A stretch of DNA of 61,711 nt, counting the filler, from Asterionella formosa (taxonomy: Eukaryota), in assembly GCA_002256025.1 (NCBI GenBank). It is 11 parts of 11 records of this genome, joined end to end, with 100 filler letters (N's around TTAATTAATTAA, not from the genome) between each part and the next. Parts side by side here need not be neighbours in the genome. Positions count along the whole stretch, not along the records: positions 44,983 to 50,493 come from NKIB01013033.1; positions 50,594 to 56,103 come from NKIB01013034.1; positions 56,204 to 61,711 come from NKIB01013035.1; 8 more parts are not named here. One strand, given 5' to 3'. Positions 48,191-59,460 of the stretch are shown here, piece by piece. The notes beneath the pieces were generated by a model. The model had not been told where the DNA came from. It made no database searches and was given only the letters and a program-made list of their open reading frames with translations. The translations under genes and the position numbers were made by a program. The first letter of the stretch is position 1, and every line of letters begins with the position of its first letter.

Positions 48191-50131
48191 TTATGGCATC
48201 ACAGCTTCATAAAACAACATGTATGCTTCGCAATTTTGTACATGTTTCCATTCAATTGATTGGACAACATCATCTGAGATGAACATCCAATTTCCATTGG
48301 TTGTACGACGATAGCATTGATAATGTCCAGTATTCGCATTTCCTCGATGTTCAATGACACTTTGAAGTTGATATAGCAGGGGTGTCGATTTGCTAGTACT
48401 CGATGTAATAGTCGACGCATGGTTGGCCGTCCCAGCAAAGGATGCAGCTTCGGGGTTATCTCCATACGCACTCAAGGTTGACATGTCCAAACGTTCTGTA
48501 AAATCAACATGTTGCACTGTTTTGGCCATGATATGTTTGTGTGGGTCTAAGAATCTACGTTGAACATGAATACAAAGGATCGTTGGTAATCTTGTCAAGA
48601 GCATGCACTTGAGTGCATCGCCATGGACCAAAGACAATTTCTCCTCGTGTTGGAAAGAGTCGTCAAGTGCATCCATTTCTCGAATCATGGGAATGACGAT
48701 TCCATCGGGATCATCAGGGTCCATACCCTTCAAATACTCTAAAAATTGTGTTGCCCTGCCAAGTTCGTCGCGTGACAGTTGCATCAGTTCCTCATTGTTT
48801 TGATATTTTCTTGATTCCAATGTCTTGACAACCCCTTCTAGCATCGTCACTTCTCCATCCCAATAGGTGAGTTCACGGTTCCGTGTACATGTTTGGCATT
48901 GTACATTTGTGACTCGTTCTACGGCAGTGTAGTTTTTTAAGCATTGTAGCAATGAACATGATGGTAATTGAGTAGCAGGAATGTCCATCTTGATAGGAAC
49001 ACCAGGAAATGCACGCGCATGCTCCAAGTCATTTAAATAATTGGAAACGGATGTTGGGACAACGGGAATATCAATAAATGGTTCATTCTGAATTGGACGT
49101 ACATGATGACATTGACAACACTGAAGTGGTGAACCCTGCCATCCATGCAATGGTGATGGATTCATGCGAGAGTATAATAATGTAGGATAATGATGTGGTG
49201 TTGGCGGTACTGATAGTTCCTGATTATTTGTAGTCACTTTTAGTTTCGTCGTTTCCGTGTCGACATCGTATTCGTCGTCATTTATTTGTAACCATAGCAT
49301 ATTTGCCAATGAATTTCGCCCATGACTTGTTTCCCATTCTTGAATGATGGTACTAACAATGGACTGCAGAAATTCTTCAGCATCTTGTTGCTCATGTTGA
49401 TTCCTAAATTGTGCATGTTTCTTCGCAACAAGGGTAAGTATCCCTTGAGGATTTGGTATCAAGTTATTTGGATAATGTCCATTGATGGTGTCCAACAGCG
49501 TCAAGAGCGATTCCGAGAGTAATTCTGAGGAGTGATGATGATGATACTGATGAAGATTGATAGTGTTATAATTCATGTCAACAATCTCTTCTAGATACGT
49601 AACAAATGAGTCCAAACTTGCCAAGGCTTGCAATGTGGCATTAAGAAAGCATGTATTTCCAACATTCGGTAATCCCCTAACTTCTTGTTGTTGTTGTAGA
49701 ATTGGAGGTCGTTGATATTTGGTTCTTTCTTGCCATATTTTTTGATTGTTTTCGAGAGAAGACGTATTTTCTTCGTCATTCATAGTGCTACTACTAGTAA
49801 AGTGGTTCTGATTGGTGTTGTTCGTTGCGTCATGATTCAGTTTCAGTAAGATTAGTGCGGATGATGGACTTGGTAGTCGCTGTAGGACGTAGTCTAAAAT
49901 AATTGGAAGAACCTTTCGAACATCGATGAGATGTGATATCTCATGGAGGAATCGTGTCAAGGCATCCCGAGCTGTCGATGCTCCCATTGGAACGGACAAG
50001 AGAAACGTTTTGAAATGTTCAAGTAGTCGAGTCATGACAGATGCTGTTGCTGTTGCTGCTTCTTTCGTAGAGTCGAAGTCAGTAGATATAACTAATGGAA
50101 GCTCCATATTGTAGTAGCTATTAGGTATCAT
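48191..50131 (-). CDS. Ubiquitin-specific protease (peptidase C19; USP30/UBP27-like)
   Basis: Cys box GLPNVGNTCFLNATLQAL, EQQDAEEFL, His box VIEHRG...GHYQCYRR...W...SD, and AYMLFYE. Confidence 0.95.
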   Translation of the reverse strand: MIPNSYYNMELPLVISTDFDSTKEAATATASVMTRLLEHFKTFLLSVPMGASTARDALTRFLHEISHLIDVRKVLPIILDYVLQRLPSPSSALILLKLNHDATNNTNQNHFTSSSTMNDEENTSSLENNQKIWQERTKYQRPPILQQQQEVRGLPNVGNTCFLNATLQALASLDSFVTYLEEIVDMNYNTINLHQYHHHHSSELLSESLLTLLDTINGHYPNNLIPNPQGILTLVAKKHAQFRNQHEQQDAEEFLQSIVSTIIQEWETSHGRNSLANMLWLQINDDEYDVDTETTKLKVTTNNQELSVPPTPHHYPTLLYSRMNPSPLHGWQGSPLQCCQCHHVRPIQNEPFIDIPVVPTSVSNYLNDLEHARAFPGVPIKMDIPATQLPSCSLLQCLKNYTAVERVTNVQCQTCTRNRELTYWDGEVTMLEGVVKTLESRKYQNNEELMQLSRDELGRATQFLEYLKGMDPDDPDGIVIPMIREMDALDDSFQHEEKLSLVHGDALKCMLLTRLPTILCIHVQRRFLDPHKHIMAKTVQHVDFTERLDMSTLSAYGDNPEAASFAGTANHASTITSSTSKSTPLLYQLQSVIEHRGNANTGHYQCYRRTTNGNWMFISDDVVQSIEWKHVQNCEAYMLFYEAVMP

Positions 50132-50751
50132 CAGGAGAAGCTTTAATGATGGAATAAGAAAGAGTCTCTGATCTGATCTGATATTCTGATGGAATACGAA
50201 CTGTGAACGAGTCTCTGATCTGATATTCTGATGTATTGACTTTCGAATTAATCACTTTCTTGTCATTGCACGCAATCCTTTGTCTACATGCCTTTTTCAA
50301 TGGAGCTGCTCTCAGGCTGTCGTAGATTCAGTGAAAGCTAAGAAGTAATATGCAATATCAAACAGTGATGCATACCAATATAATAATAAGGAGCATTGCA
50401 TGATGGGATTGGCATCGATCATAAGTTTCATGTCACGTTTACTGGTAGTGCGTATGTTCCATTGTTAGAGGATTCAAACCTGTATTCTTACACNNNNNNN
50501 NNNNNNNNNNNNNNNNNNNNNNNNNNNNNNNNNNNNNTTAATTAATTAANNNNNNNNNNNNNNNNNNNNNNNNNNNNNNNNNNNNNNNNNNNNATGTATT
50601 TAGGATTCTTCGTTTCGCCTTGTTCTTTCCTTCTCCTTTGTGTCGTTGCTCCATCCTTCCTCTTGTCTTTTACAGCATAGCATTGCTTGCAAACAAGAAC
50701 AACGAACTCTTCGTACAAGAACAAGACGAAGAAGAACAATAAGATCCAAAG

Positions 50752-51570
50752 ATGGCAAATGGAATGCATTCAATGTCAATGTTGCTGTGGCTGTGGCTGT
50801 TGCTTCTTCATGTGACTTCTGCTGCTGCTGCAACCATTGACACCACGAACACAAGCAACAGTAGCGTGGCTCCTAGCAGTGTCGTGACGTTGGATCCAAC
50901 AGAATCCACCAAAGCGCCTTCCGCCCAGCCATTCATGCCTGTTGTTACAGTTGCTCCTACGACGAATGTCAGTACGGTGGCTCCGAGCAAGTCTGTAATA
51001 CCAGCACCTTCTGCCGCACCCTCCATCAATGTCACTACAGTACCACCAAGTCCAACGACCCTTTCACCCACTGCCGTGGCGACACCCACTACGATTGCTC
51101 CTTCTGTTCCAGTCCCAACTGGTGCTCCCACTACGACCACGCCTACGATTGTACCTCCACCATCTCTGCTTCCTACTTCTGCACCAGGCAAGACACTTGC
51201 CCCTTCCAAACATTATTATCCGCCATCCGAAGTACCTAGTGGTCCTGGTGGAATTACAGTGGTGCCAACCGTTGTTCCGTCCCCCCCACACAAACGAGGT
51301 GGGGTTGCCAAAGTCATTGGAAAGACCATTGGTTGGTTAATCTTGATTGCCTTGTCAACACTTGCATTTGGTGCCATCATGTCCAATAGATACCGATTGT
51401 ACTATATTGGACGTGGGATATGGTATTCGTTCTTATCGTTGGATTGTACTCGACGTATTATGGCCTTGCTGAGAATGGATGGACCTACATCAGCACCATC
51501 GGCCAGTTTGAATGAAATTATTTTTGATCAAAATGATTTGGCAGAGGGATTGTTAATGGGAGATCAGTAA
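50752..51570 (+). CDS. Pro/Thr/Ser-rich type I membrane (mucin-like) protein
   Basis: Signal peptide, TxAP/SAAPS repeats, TM helix IGWLILIALSTLAFGAIM and a short cytoplasmic tail. Confidence 0.8.
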   Translation: MANGMHSMSMLLWLWLLLLHVTSAAAATIDTTNTSNSSVAPSSVVTLDPTESTKAPSAQPFMPVVTVAPTTNVSTVAPSKSVIPAPSAAPSINVTTVPPSPTTLSPTAVATPTTIAPSVPVPTGAPTTTTPTIVPPPSLLPTSAPGKTLAPSKHYYPPSEVPSGPGGITVVPTVVPSPPHKRGGVAKVIGKTIGWLILIALSTLAFGAIMSNRYRLYYIGRGIWYSFLSLDCTRRIMALLRMDGPTSAPSASLNEIIFDQNDLAEGLLMGDQ

Positions 51571-51694
51571 TTGAACAAGTAATAGTATATTTATTGTACG
51601 TAAGAAATTATAGTAAGTATTATCAAATCAATGTGGAAGAATATTAAAAATCTAATACCGGTAGGTAGACAATGAGAGGTACTATTATGTTTCA

Positions 51695-52921
51695 TTACTT
51701 GGTAATCTGACCAAGTACCAATTGAGGTGACATTTCCACCATCATTTCAAAGAATTTATCACCAGCCTGTGCCTTGAGGTTTTCTCCTGCCTTGCGACCA
51801 ATTTCCTTGCCATCTTCCACAGGACCAGACGACGTAACTTCAAACTTTTGAGATCCATCTGGCATGGCAATCAAGCCACGAAATTCTATAGTATTGTCAC
51901 TGACAATTCGCGCTTGTCCCGCAATGGGCGTTTTGCAATTCCCATCCAACGCTTCCAAAAAGGCCCGTTCACATTCCACACATGCCAACGTATCGGCATG
52001 ATTCAAGGCTGCCAAGTACTTGAGTGAACGCTCATCGTCACTTCGGCACTGAATCCCAATAGCCCCCTGTGCTACAGCGGGGAGCATCTCATCCCAGTCC
52101 AACACAGATGTAGCACAGCCGTCCATGTCCATTCGCTTCAATCCAGCAATGGCCAACAGAGTCGCATCTACCACGCCATCATCCAATTTGCGCAATCTCG
52201 TTTGGACATTGCCACGAAAGTTGACGCATTTCAACGTTGGGTTCTTGGCCATAATCTGTGCCTGACGACGGAGGGAGGCAGTCCCAATGACAGAATGGTC
52301 TGGCAAGTCTTCAATGCGCTTGACAGAGCCGTCCTTGTGGATAAAGGCGTCGTTCGTTTGTTCACGAGGGAGTGTGCATGGGAGGACAGTGCCCTCTGGC
52401 AGCCAGGTAGGAACGTCCTTCATGGAGTGTACGCAAATGTCGACTTCGTTGCCAAGGAGGGCAGTGTCCAGTTCCTTGGTAAAGAGACCCTTGCCGCCCA
52501 GCTCCATCAGAGACTTGTCAAGGATCATATCGCCCTGAGTCTTCATGACGCAAATTTCAATGGCGCCTTCTTCGTTCAATTCTGGAAAGGATGCCAACAG
52601 TCTCTTTCGCGTTTCATAGGCCTGGGCCAGTGCTAGTGGCGACCCGCGTGTTCCGATTCGGAGAGGAGCTGTGACTCCGCTCTCGGACATGAACAGAGCC
52701 TGTATGTTGTAGTTGTGTATGTGTGCGTGTGTGTGTGTGAGCAAGAGATGTGGCAAGCAAAACATACCATTCAGTTACGTTACGAGACTGCTTTTGAACT
52801 TTCCCGAACGTACAGTTCTTGTTGTCGACTGCGCTCGTGTAAACGCAGAACTACTTGATGAGGGAGTAAAGGCAACGGCAGAACCGACCAAGATCATGGA
52901 AACAGCAACGGTGAACTTCAT
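51695..52921 (-). CDS. hemC: Porphobilinogen deaminase (hydroxymethylbilane synthase), plastid-targeted. Exons 52921-52814 and 52699-51695.
   Basis: IGTRGSPLALAQA, GGKGLFTKELD, VHSMKDVP, IGTASLRR, RGNVQTRL and LDGNC motifs. Exon 1 encodes MKFTVAVSMILVGSAVAFTP...; the 114-nt GTACGT...TACAG intron joins the exons in frame. Confidence 0.97.
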
Positions 52922-53766
52922 CTTGATGCACGTTGGAGACACAGCAAGTGACTGAGACTGATCGATGAAGTTGTTTTCACTTTTAATATTCCTATTTCCT
53001 TCGTCGTCGTGATGAAGCGCTTTTATTAATTAAATTTTATTACATTGGGCAGGGGGGAGAGGAGAAACTTCAACTTCTACGGACGGTGATATACCAACGT
53101 CTACGTACAGCCATATCGATATGTACCAGTCACCACACAGAACAAGTGTAAGCAATTTGGCAGGGGCATGCTAAGTCCTCCTCCTCAGCATGCATTGTGT
53201 GTATTCACACATACAGTACCTGGTACCAGTAAGTACACTGGGATGAACGATTATGATACACGCAACCACATCGCGAGCTAGGACAGGATGGAACTTCAAC
53301 CTTGGATTGAATTCTACCATCCTCTACTGCAATTATACCCAAGTGTAACGAAACTGAGTTCCATGAAGATTCCCTTTGGGAAACATGTTCCACGTGGGTC
53401 AGATTTCGTCTGGTCGTCGCCTCGCCGTACGACGATTGGGCGCGGGGGAGCAAACGATCTTAAGGAGTTACCGGTATTACGGTGACTGTATTATTCCGTA
53501 TCGTATGTCGACAACGTGATCATTTGCAGGTAACGTTTGTAGAGTAGCAGTCTGTGAGACCTCATCATTGCCTGTGAGATCACATCATTGCAAGTGTTGC
53601 GTCCTCACCATTAGCACTATTGTGTTGCCAAGCCATTGAGGAGTCTACCTGTTATTGTGATCTGTTGCTTGGTTGGATGCTCGCCTCCGAGAAACTCGCG
53701 AATCAATCAAGTACCGGTATTCTCTGGTAATTACATCACTGACTCTTCCAACAATCCCTTCCTACA

Positions 53767-54435
53767 ATGCTGAGAGCATCGCCATGGCATTCTTTCATTG
53801 TACTTATCATGATCATCTCCGTTGCTGATTGCCTATTAGTATCATCCTCCTCCACCTTTATTGGAACGTCATTACAACGAATACCATACCCTACACTACT
53901 ACTCAACAACAACAACAATAGAAATAACAATCCATCCATGATGGTATTACGACGTTGTATAACAACAATGGGATTGCAAATTAAAATCCGCATGGTTGGA
54001 CGTAAGAATGGGAGTGAAGGATGGTTGGATGATGCATATCGAATGTATGAAACACGTTTATCATCATCGTCGTCGGTTGCTGTAGAAACCATTTGGCATA
54101 AAACAAATGCAGAATTAATTCAAGGTGTTACGTTGGATCGTACCAAAGGACATTCCATGGTTGTATTGGATTCAAAAGGTGCCACCATGACAAGTGAAAT
54201 ATTTGCTACCAACATGTACCAATGGTTGGATCAGGGTGGATCACGTTTGGTATTTGTTATCGGTGGAGCCGATGGTCTGCCATCAGAATTGCTTACGCCG
54301 AATTCTGCTGCTAAAAAGGAACAACTACTAAGTCTTTCCTCCTTGACGTTTACTCATCAATTTGCTAGAACATTATTAATGGAACAAATATATCGAGCAA
54401 CTGAAATAAGAAAAGGTTCTGGATATCACAAGTAA
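53767..54435 (+). CDS. rlmH: SPOUT rRNA methyltransferase RlmH-like, with an N-terminal targeting extension
   Basis: Y..RL, VLDSKG..MTSE.FA, FVIGGADGL, LSLS.LTFTHQFAR.LL.EQIYRA.EI.KG.GYHK. Confidence 0.93.
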   Translation: MLRASPWHSFIVLIMIISVADCLLVSSSSTFIGTSLQRIPYPTLLLNNNNNRNNNPSMMVLRRCITTMGLQIKIRMVGRKNGSEGWLDDAYRMYETRLSSSSSVAVETIWHKTNAELIQGVTLDRTKGHSMVVLDSKGATMTSEIFATNMYQWLDQGGSRLVFVIGGADGLPSELLTPNSAAKKEQLLSLSSLTFTHQFARTLLMEQIYRATEIRKGSGYHK

Positions 54436-54809
54436 TAATGAACTTTTTTGAACCCTAAGCTAACACTCGTTCTATGCTGTGGTATGGGTACTGTATAATA
54501 ATGTGCGAAGTTATAATATACATGTAACATGTATCGGTCATACTAAGGTCGTTGAGGACTGTCGCTGGACTTCCCTTCGTTTGTCATTGTGTACACGGTG
54601 TGTAGGCAATTACCGGGGTGTTCGATTGTTTGTGAACCTGTGCTAGTCCCAGAAAAACGGATTTCGACAGTTGCGTTGAAACGTAGGTTCACTGTTATTG
54701 CATGGTAATCACACGAAGGTAACCTTGTTTCCTCGCATCGTTCACTACAGAAATATCCATGACATCTCCGAACAATCAAGCGAGTGATGAACCAGCAATA
54801 TGAATCCTA

Positions 54810-55100
54810 TCATAGATATCTGTCATATGCTGGCATCCGATTTGTTGTAATTCTTCTTGAGCTTGGATAGCGTTGTAATAATGAGGCTACTTGGTGAATG
54901 TCAATTCGAAAGGATGTCATCTCCTTTTCTTCATCAATCGTTGCAAGGAGCCCACCATATCCGTGACCTGTACAATATCCCTCAGGGTCCAATTCACCAT
55001 TAAATTGTTCAACACCACCATCAGTGCTAGTACTTTCTATCGATGTATGTGTATTTTCATCGAGTTGCTTTTTAATTCCTGTTGATAGATGACAGCCCAT
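54810..55100 (-). CDS. Small hypothetical protein with an N-myristoylation-like start (MGCHLS); possibly spliced or partial
   Basis: MGCxxS consensus at the start of a 96-aa ORF. Confidence 0.35.
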   Translation of the reverse strand: MGCHLSTGIKKQLDENTHTSIESTSTDGGVEQFNGELDPEGYCTGHGYGGLLATIDEEKEMTSFRIDIHQVASLLQRYPSSRRITTNRMPAYDRYL

Positions 55101-57054
55101 TCTTTTCTTGTTATTGGTAAACTGTTTGAGGATCGCTCGTGTTCTTTGTTTTTTGTTGTTATTGTTGCTGTTGCTTGTTTTGTGGAGTATTATTATTTTA
55201 TGTTGTCCTGCTGGGATTCATATTTTTTTCTTTATGTATATGCAATTGGTACAATGAATCTCATTTGATCTTATGCAAGAAAGAATGTTGCATCTTTTGT
55301 GAAATTATATTTATATACATGAACATAGACAATCACTATGATGAGCGTCATCAGTTGATATCGCTGCGAAGCGGAGGCGTCGAATCTTCCAGATTCCTAT
55401 TCGTTCCCGGTAGTCGAGGCTCGCAGCATCATTCCATGGTTCTCATTTTGGACATGAGAATACGTACCGGTATCATGAGTTTCGCCCAATGGTGATTAGC
55501 GAAACTCTACTACGAGTACTTTTACATCCATAGCATCACGGCTGAACATATATGCATATAGAGAATGTGGGGACTCAATCAGTAAAATTATTCCATGAGT
55601 TGACTTCCAGACTTACCAATTGTATACTTTTTACCTACCAATTTTGACTGCTTCAAAAAATGTGTGGGACCTTTCAGTGCTCGTAGTCCACTTCCTGTCA
55701 AGTAGTACTTGGAGTTCAAAGCAGTGATTCTTTTACTACCGGTACTCCATTTTCAGGGATAGTATGCCTAATCTGATATAAATAGGGAATATACTCAAGA
55801 AATTCTTACAACCACACAGTGAGCTCATTTACTTTTGAGAGCATTAAAGCCATCAAGAATGAACAAGATGACTGAATTACAAATGCCATTATTCCAAAAT
55901 GGGGATAGGGTTGCTAGGTTCATAGAAAAATTATCATGTTCATAATTAGTTCAAATTTTGATCTGATCTTTTGTTAATTTCCAAAAACTATCTTATCATG
56001 TTCACGGCAACTAGTAGTAGGTGACAATAAATCAAACAAAACATCACCTGCATTTTTCTTGAGCATGTTAGTAAGAATCTCATTTAGATAGCGCCTGAAG
56101 ACTNNNNNNNNNNNNNNNNNNNNNNNNNNNNNNNNNNNNNNNNNNNNTTAATTAATTAANNNNNNNNNNNNNNNNNNNNNNNNNNNNNNNNNNNNNNNNN
56201 NNNTCATATAGCTAGTACTCTGTCCCTTTGTTGGAAGTCAAAGAAAATCATCAAACAAGGATGCTTTTAACTATTGCCTTTCACAAACATGTATTTGAAT
56301 TGAGATGAAGTTTGGGTTGCTTGTGAATAACAAACAGAGGATTCTGAGGACATCCTTGTCCTTCAGCCTGAAGAAAACAAGTGGTATTCTTTGTGCTTGT
56401 GTCCATTCACACAATTTTTGCGTACTCATGGATGATGATAAAAAGAAGGAACTTGCTAATGGTTTGATTTCCTGACTAATTTTGAGTTTGTTTGATGCAA
56501 TGCCCAATACTCCTCTTGGGTTGCATATCTTCCAACTTTCAGGAAATCGGATGTAGTACAAGGTACTTCAAAAATGCAACAAATCATTCTTGATGTTGTC
56601 ACAAACAATGGATTTAGGCGACCTCCACCTAGCTAGTAATGTGTTGCGCCATTGACGTGACCTGACAGAAATATGATTAATGTAGCACAAAGAACAACTT
56701 AAGTAGAAATTTAATTGCTTACCTAGTTATTAGATATCAGCTGTTTGTCTGAGAGCTACAGAATTCTTTGTAAGTTCATCCATGGCTTCAAAAAATAAAA
56801 CAAGAAAATGACATCATTCTCTTGATACTCTTTACTATGACCACGCCAATATTTTATTAAGGAGAATATACCGGTTTTCTATCAAGATACTCATTCTGCA
56901 CCACACCAGCCACATAATTGTAAAATCATGCCAAAAGCACGGAAAACTGCATTGACGATAATTTCCTCTGCACAGTAAGTTTGATGCAACTGATGCACAC
57001 TTTGAGCTTCTTCTTCTCGCATCCCTTACTTCTTATTAAGCTAAATCCTATCAT

Positions 57055-57770
57055 GGAAGAAATTTTATGATTCAATTATGAATGAGCAATTATGAATGAG
57101 CTCGTTTATAAATTTTTGATGCTGGCGCTTTTCTTTTGGTATGTTGTCCTTTGTTATCTCATTTATTGTCTGGCCTTTAGTCATTCTTGCCAACACTAAC
57201 ACAAGTAATCTACCTTGTCCTTCAGAATTGAAAATTATGCCTAAAAGCTCCGATAAAAGAGGTCAGAACGATCAGTATAGTTTTGCGTGTTGATCATTGT
57301 TGTTATCAATAAAGCCACTCAAACATATTGCTTTTAGCTATATATCCCCTATTTGAAGGAATCTTTGCTTGTCGGCCATCCTTCAATCAGCCAGATGCTA
57401 GTGTTGCAGCACTAATGCAGTAAATTTCATGATTCAGTTTTGAATGGAGGTCGATTTGAAAGTTTTGACGTTGACGCTTTCTTGTTTGTATGTTGTTTGT
57501 TATCTCATTTATTGTCTTTCCTTTTGGTTATTCTTGCCAACACTAACTCAAGTAATCTACCTCGTTCTACTACAGAATTGAAAATTCGGCATGGAAGCTC
57601 AGATATAAAACAAAGTAAAAACAACCAAAACATTTTTACATGTTGATCATTGTTGTTATCAATTAAGCCACTCTAATATATTACTTTAATATCTCACCTA
57701 TTTGCAGGAATCTTTGCTTGTCAGCCAACTACAATCGGCCAGATGCTGGTGTTACAGCAGCTAATGCTGT
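57055..57770. repeat. Degenerate tandem duplication, unit about 350-370 bp
   Basis: TTCTTGCCAACACTAAC.CAAGTAATCTACC, TGTTGATCATTGTTGTTATCAAT and GGAATCTTTGCTTGTC each occur twice. Confidence 0.85.
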
Positions 57771-59029
57771 CTTTTTTTGATATAAGGTTGTGGGATAATG
57801 ATTGGTACTAGTAGGAAAGTAATTGAAAGCTTAGTACCCACGCAAGCAAGCAAAGCAGTGATATCAGAATGCTGTTCAGCAATTTATGCAAGTTCTATTA
57901 GTAGTATCACTAGCTAGTCATGTAATGTAAATATAGTTCTGTTAGATACAACAAAAATATTAATATTGCAATAGCATTCCCATTTTACTTTGCTCATTCA
58001 CAGAAATAATAGTTGATAGTTGCAACAAAAATTGTGGTCGTTGATCCAGAAATTATGTGCTCAGACATACAAATATAATGTTAGTTGGCCCCAAAAATTA
58101 TGTTGGATTCTAAAATAATTATGGAAGTTGTCGAAAATATATTAGTTCACTGTCAACATATCATCTAAGCCGCGAAATACGCCACTTTTTGAAATTTCAT
58201 TTACGTAAGAGTGTTAATGATGGGGTACTTGACATGAATTAATGCCACTCTTCCCGTAAAAAAGGTTACTTTTAACGGTTTCATGTGAAGTTTTAACGGT
58301 TTTATGTGAAGTTCTCACAATGAACTTTGAACTCGAGACTGAATTAGTTGATGTTTCAAATAATTCATTTCAAAGTTCAACTTATATCCTGCTCTCCTGG
58401 CTAATTCATTTACTACACACATCTTTATTTGTGAAATAGTAATGATATTTGTAGTGTGTTATTTCATGCATGGACAATCTACAGTTTATATTTGTGCACT
58501 TCACATAAACAATATGAACTATTATAGTGAACAAGACTTCTCTTCGAGGTTGTCATGTGATGGTTCAGAATCATACAGTGATTTCCAAGACAAAACTAGT
58601 TGATGTTACAACTACATATTTTAAAAGTTCAAGATAAAATTGTTTTAGAGGATAAATCATTGCGAAATGCAACTCAAGTAACGTATGGTACATATGCCGA
58701 GAAGGTATGAATCGGCCAAGAAATGACAGTGAAAAGAGTTTTCGCCATCCTCGTGCACCAAATTGACGCAACCATAAACATCGCCGCTGTAGGCTGAAGT
58801 AAGTGCGCATTGTCAATGTAAAATTCTTGGCAAATTGAACTCGCACTACACCAAAGCAACACCGACTCAAGAGAGCTTCCTTCAGCGCTTATCAGAAGCA
58901 CTCATGCGATGATAGCTAACCAAGTTAAGTACTGGTACAAGCACCCCGAGTGCGTGTTGTTGTCTTGCGCTGTGTCGTGCTGGCTCAGTTGTTCTAACCC
59001 CCATTCCCAAACCAGGTTACAACAACTTG

Positions 59030-59460
59030 GGCAACAAAGGTATGATTTAATACGTTGGCTGTCGAGATTTCAGCACACCGCGCTTTGGGATCATTGGATC
59101 TTGGATTCCACCAAGTCGGTGATGATGGGATTAGATCATAGGCACGTGCTTTGTTTGGATCTGCCTTGCATACGCTCTACTTGGTGGCAGGGAATCACAT
59201 GCGGGAAGAAGGAGCCATGGCGTTGGCTGATGGGATCAGGAGAGAATGCACTGTGACCAAACTGTGTTTGACTGGAAACCGGTTAGATAGGGCCAGATGG
59301 AGTGATTTCAGTAACAGAAGCCATTCTAGAAGATTAACTGAGAAGGAGAAAAACGTCATATGGAGTCAATGACACTCGAGGGAGCGATCCAAGAGCTCTT
59401 TTTAGGCGGAGCAAGCATGGGACCGATGGGTTGCCATGCAGTTGCTACAATGCTCTGAAT
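59030..59460 (+). pseudogene. Leucine-rich-repeat (RNI-like) gene fragment
   Basis: LHTLYL.GNHMREEGAMALADGI...TVTKLCLTGNRL and ELFLGG..MGPMGCHAVATML, with frameshifts. Confidence 0.65.

Noticed and set aside
50808..51209. Antisense and alternative-frame ORFs over real genes (also 252-539, 8675-9091, 52202-52636 and similar)
   Set aside because: Shadows of the coding strand or of low-complexity repeats.
51695..54435. Bacterial contamination or operon (hemC, rlmH)
   Set aside because: The spliceosomal intron and targeting presequences show these are nuclear eukaryotic genes.
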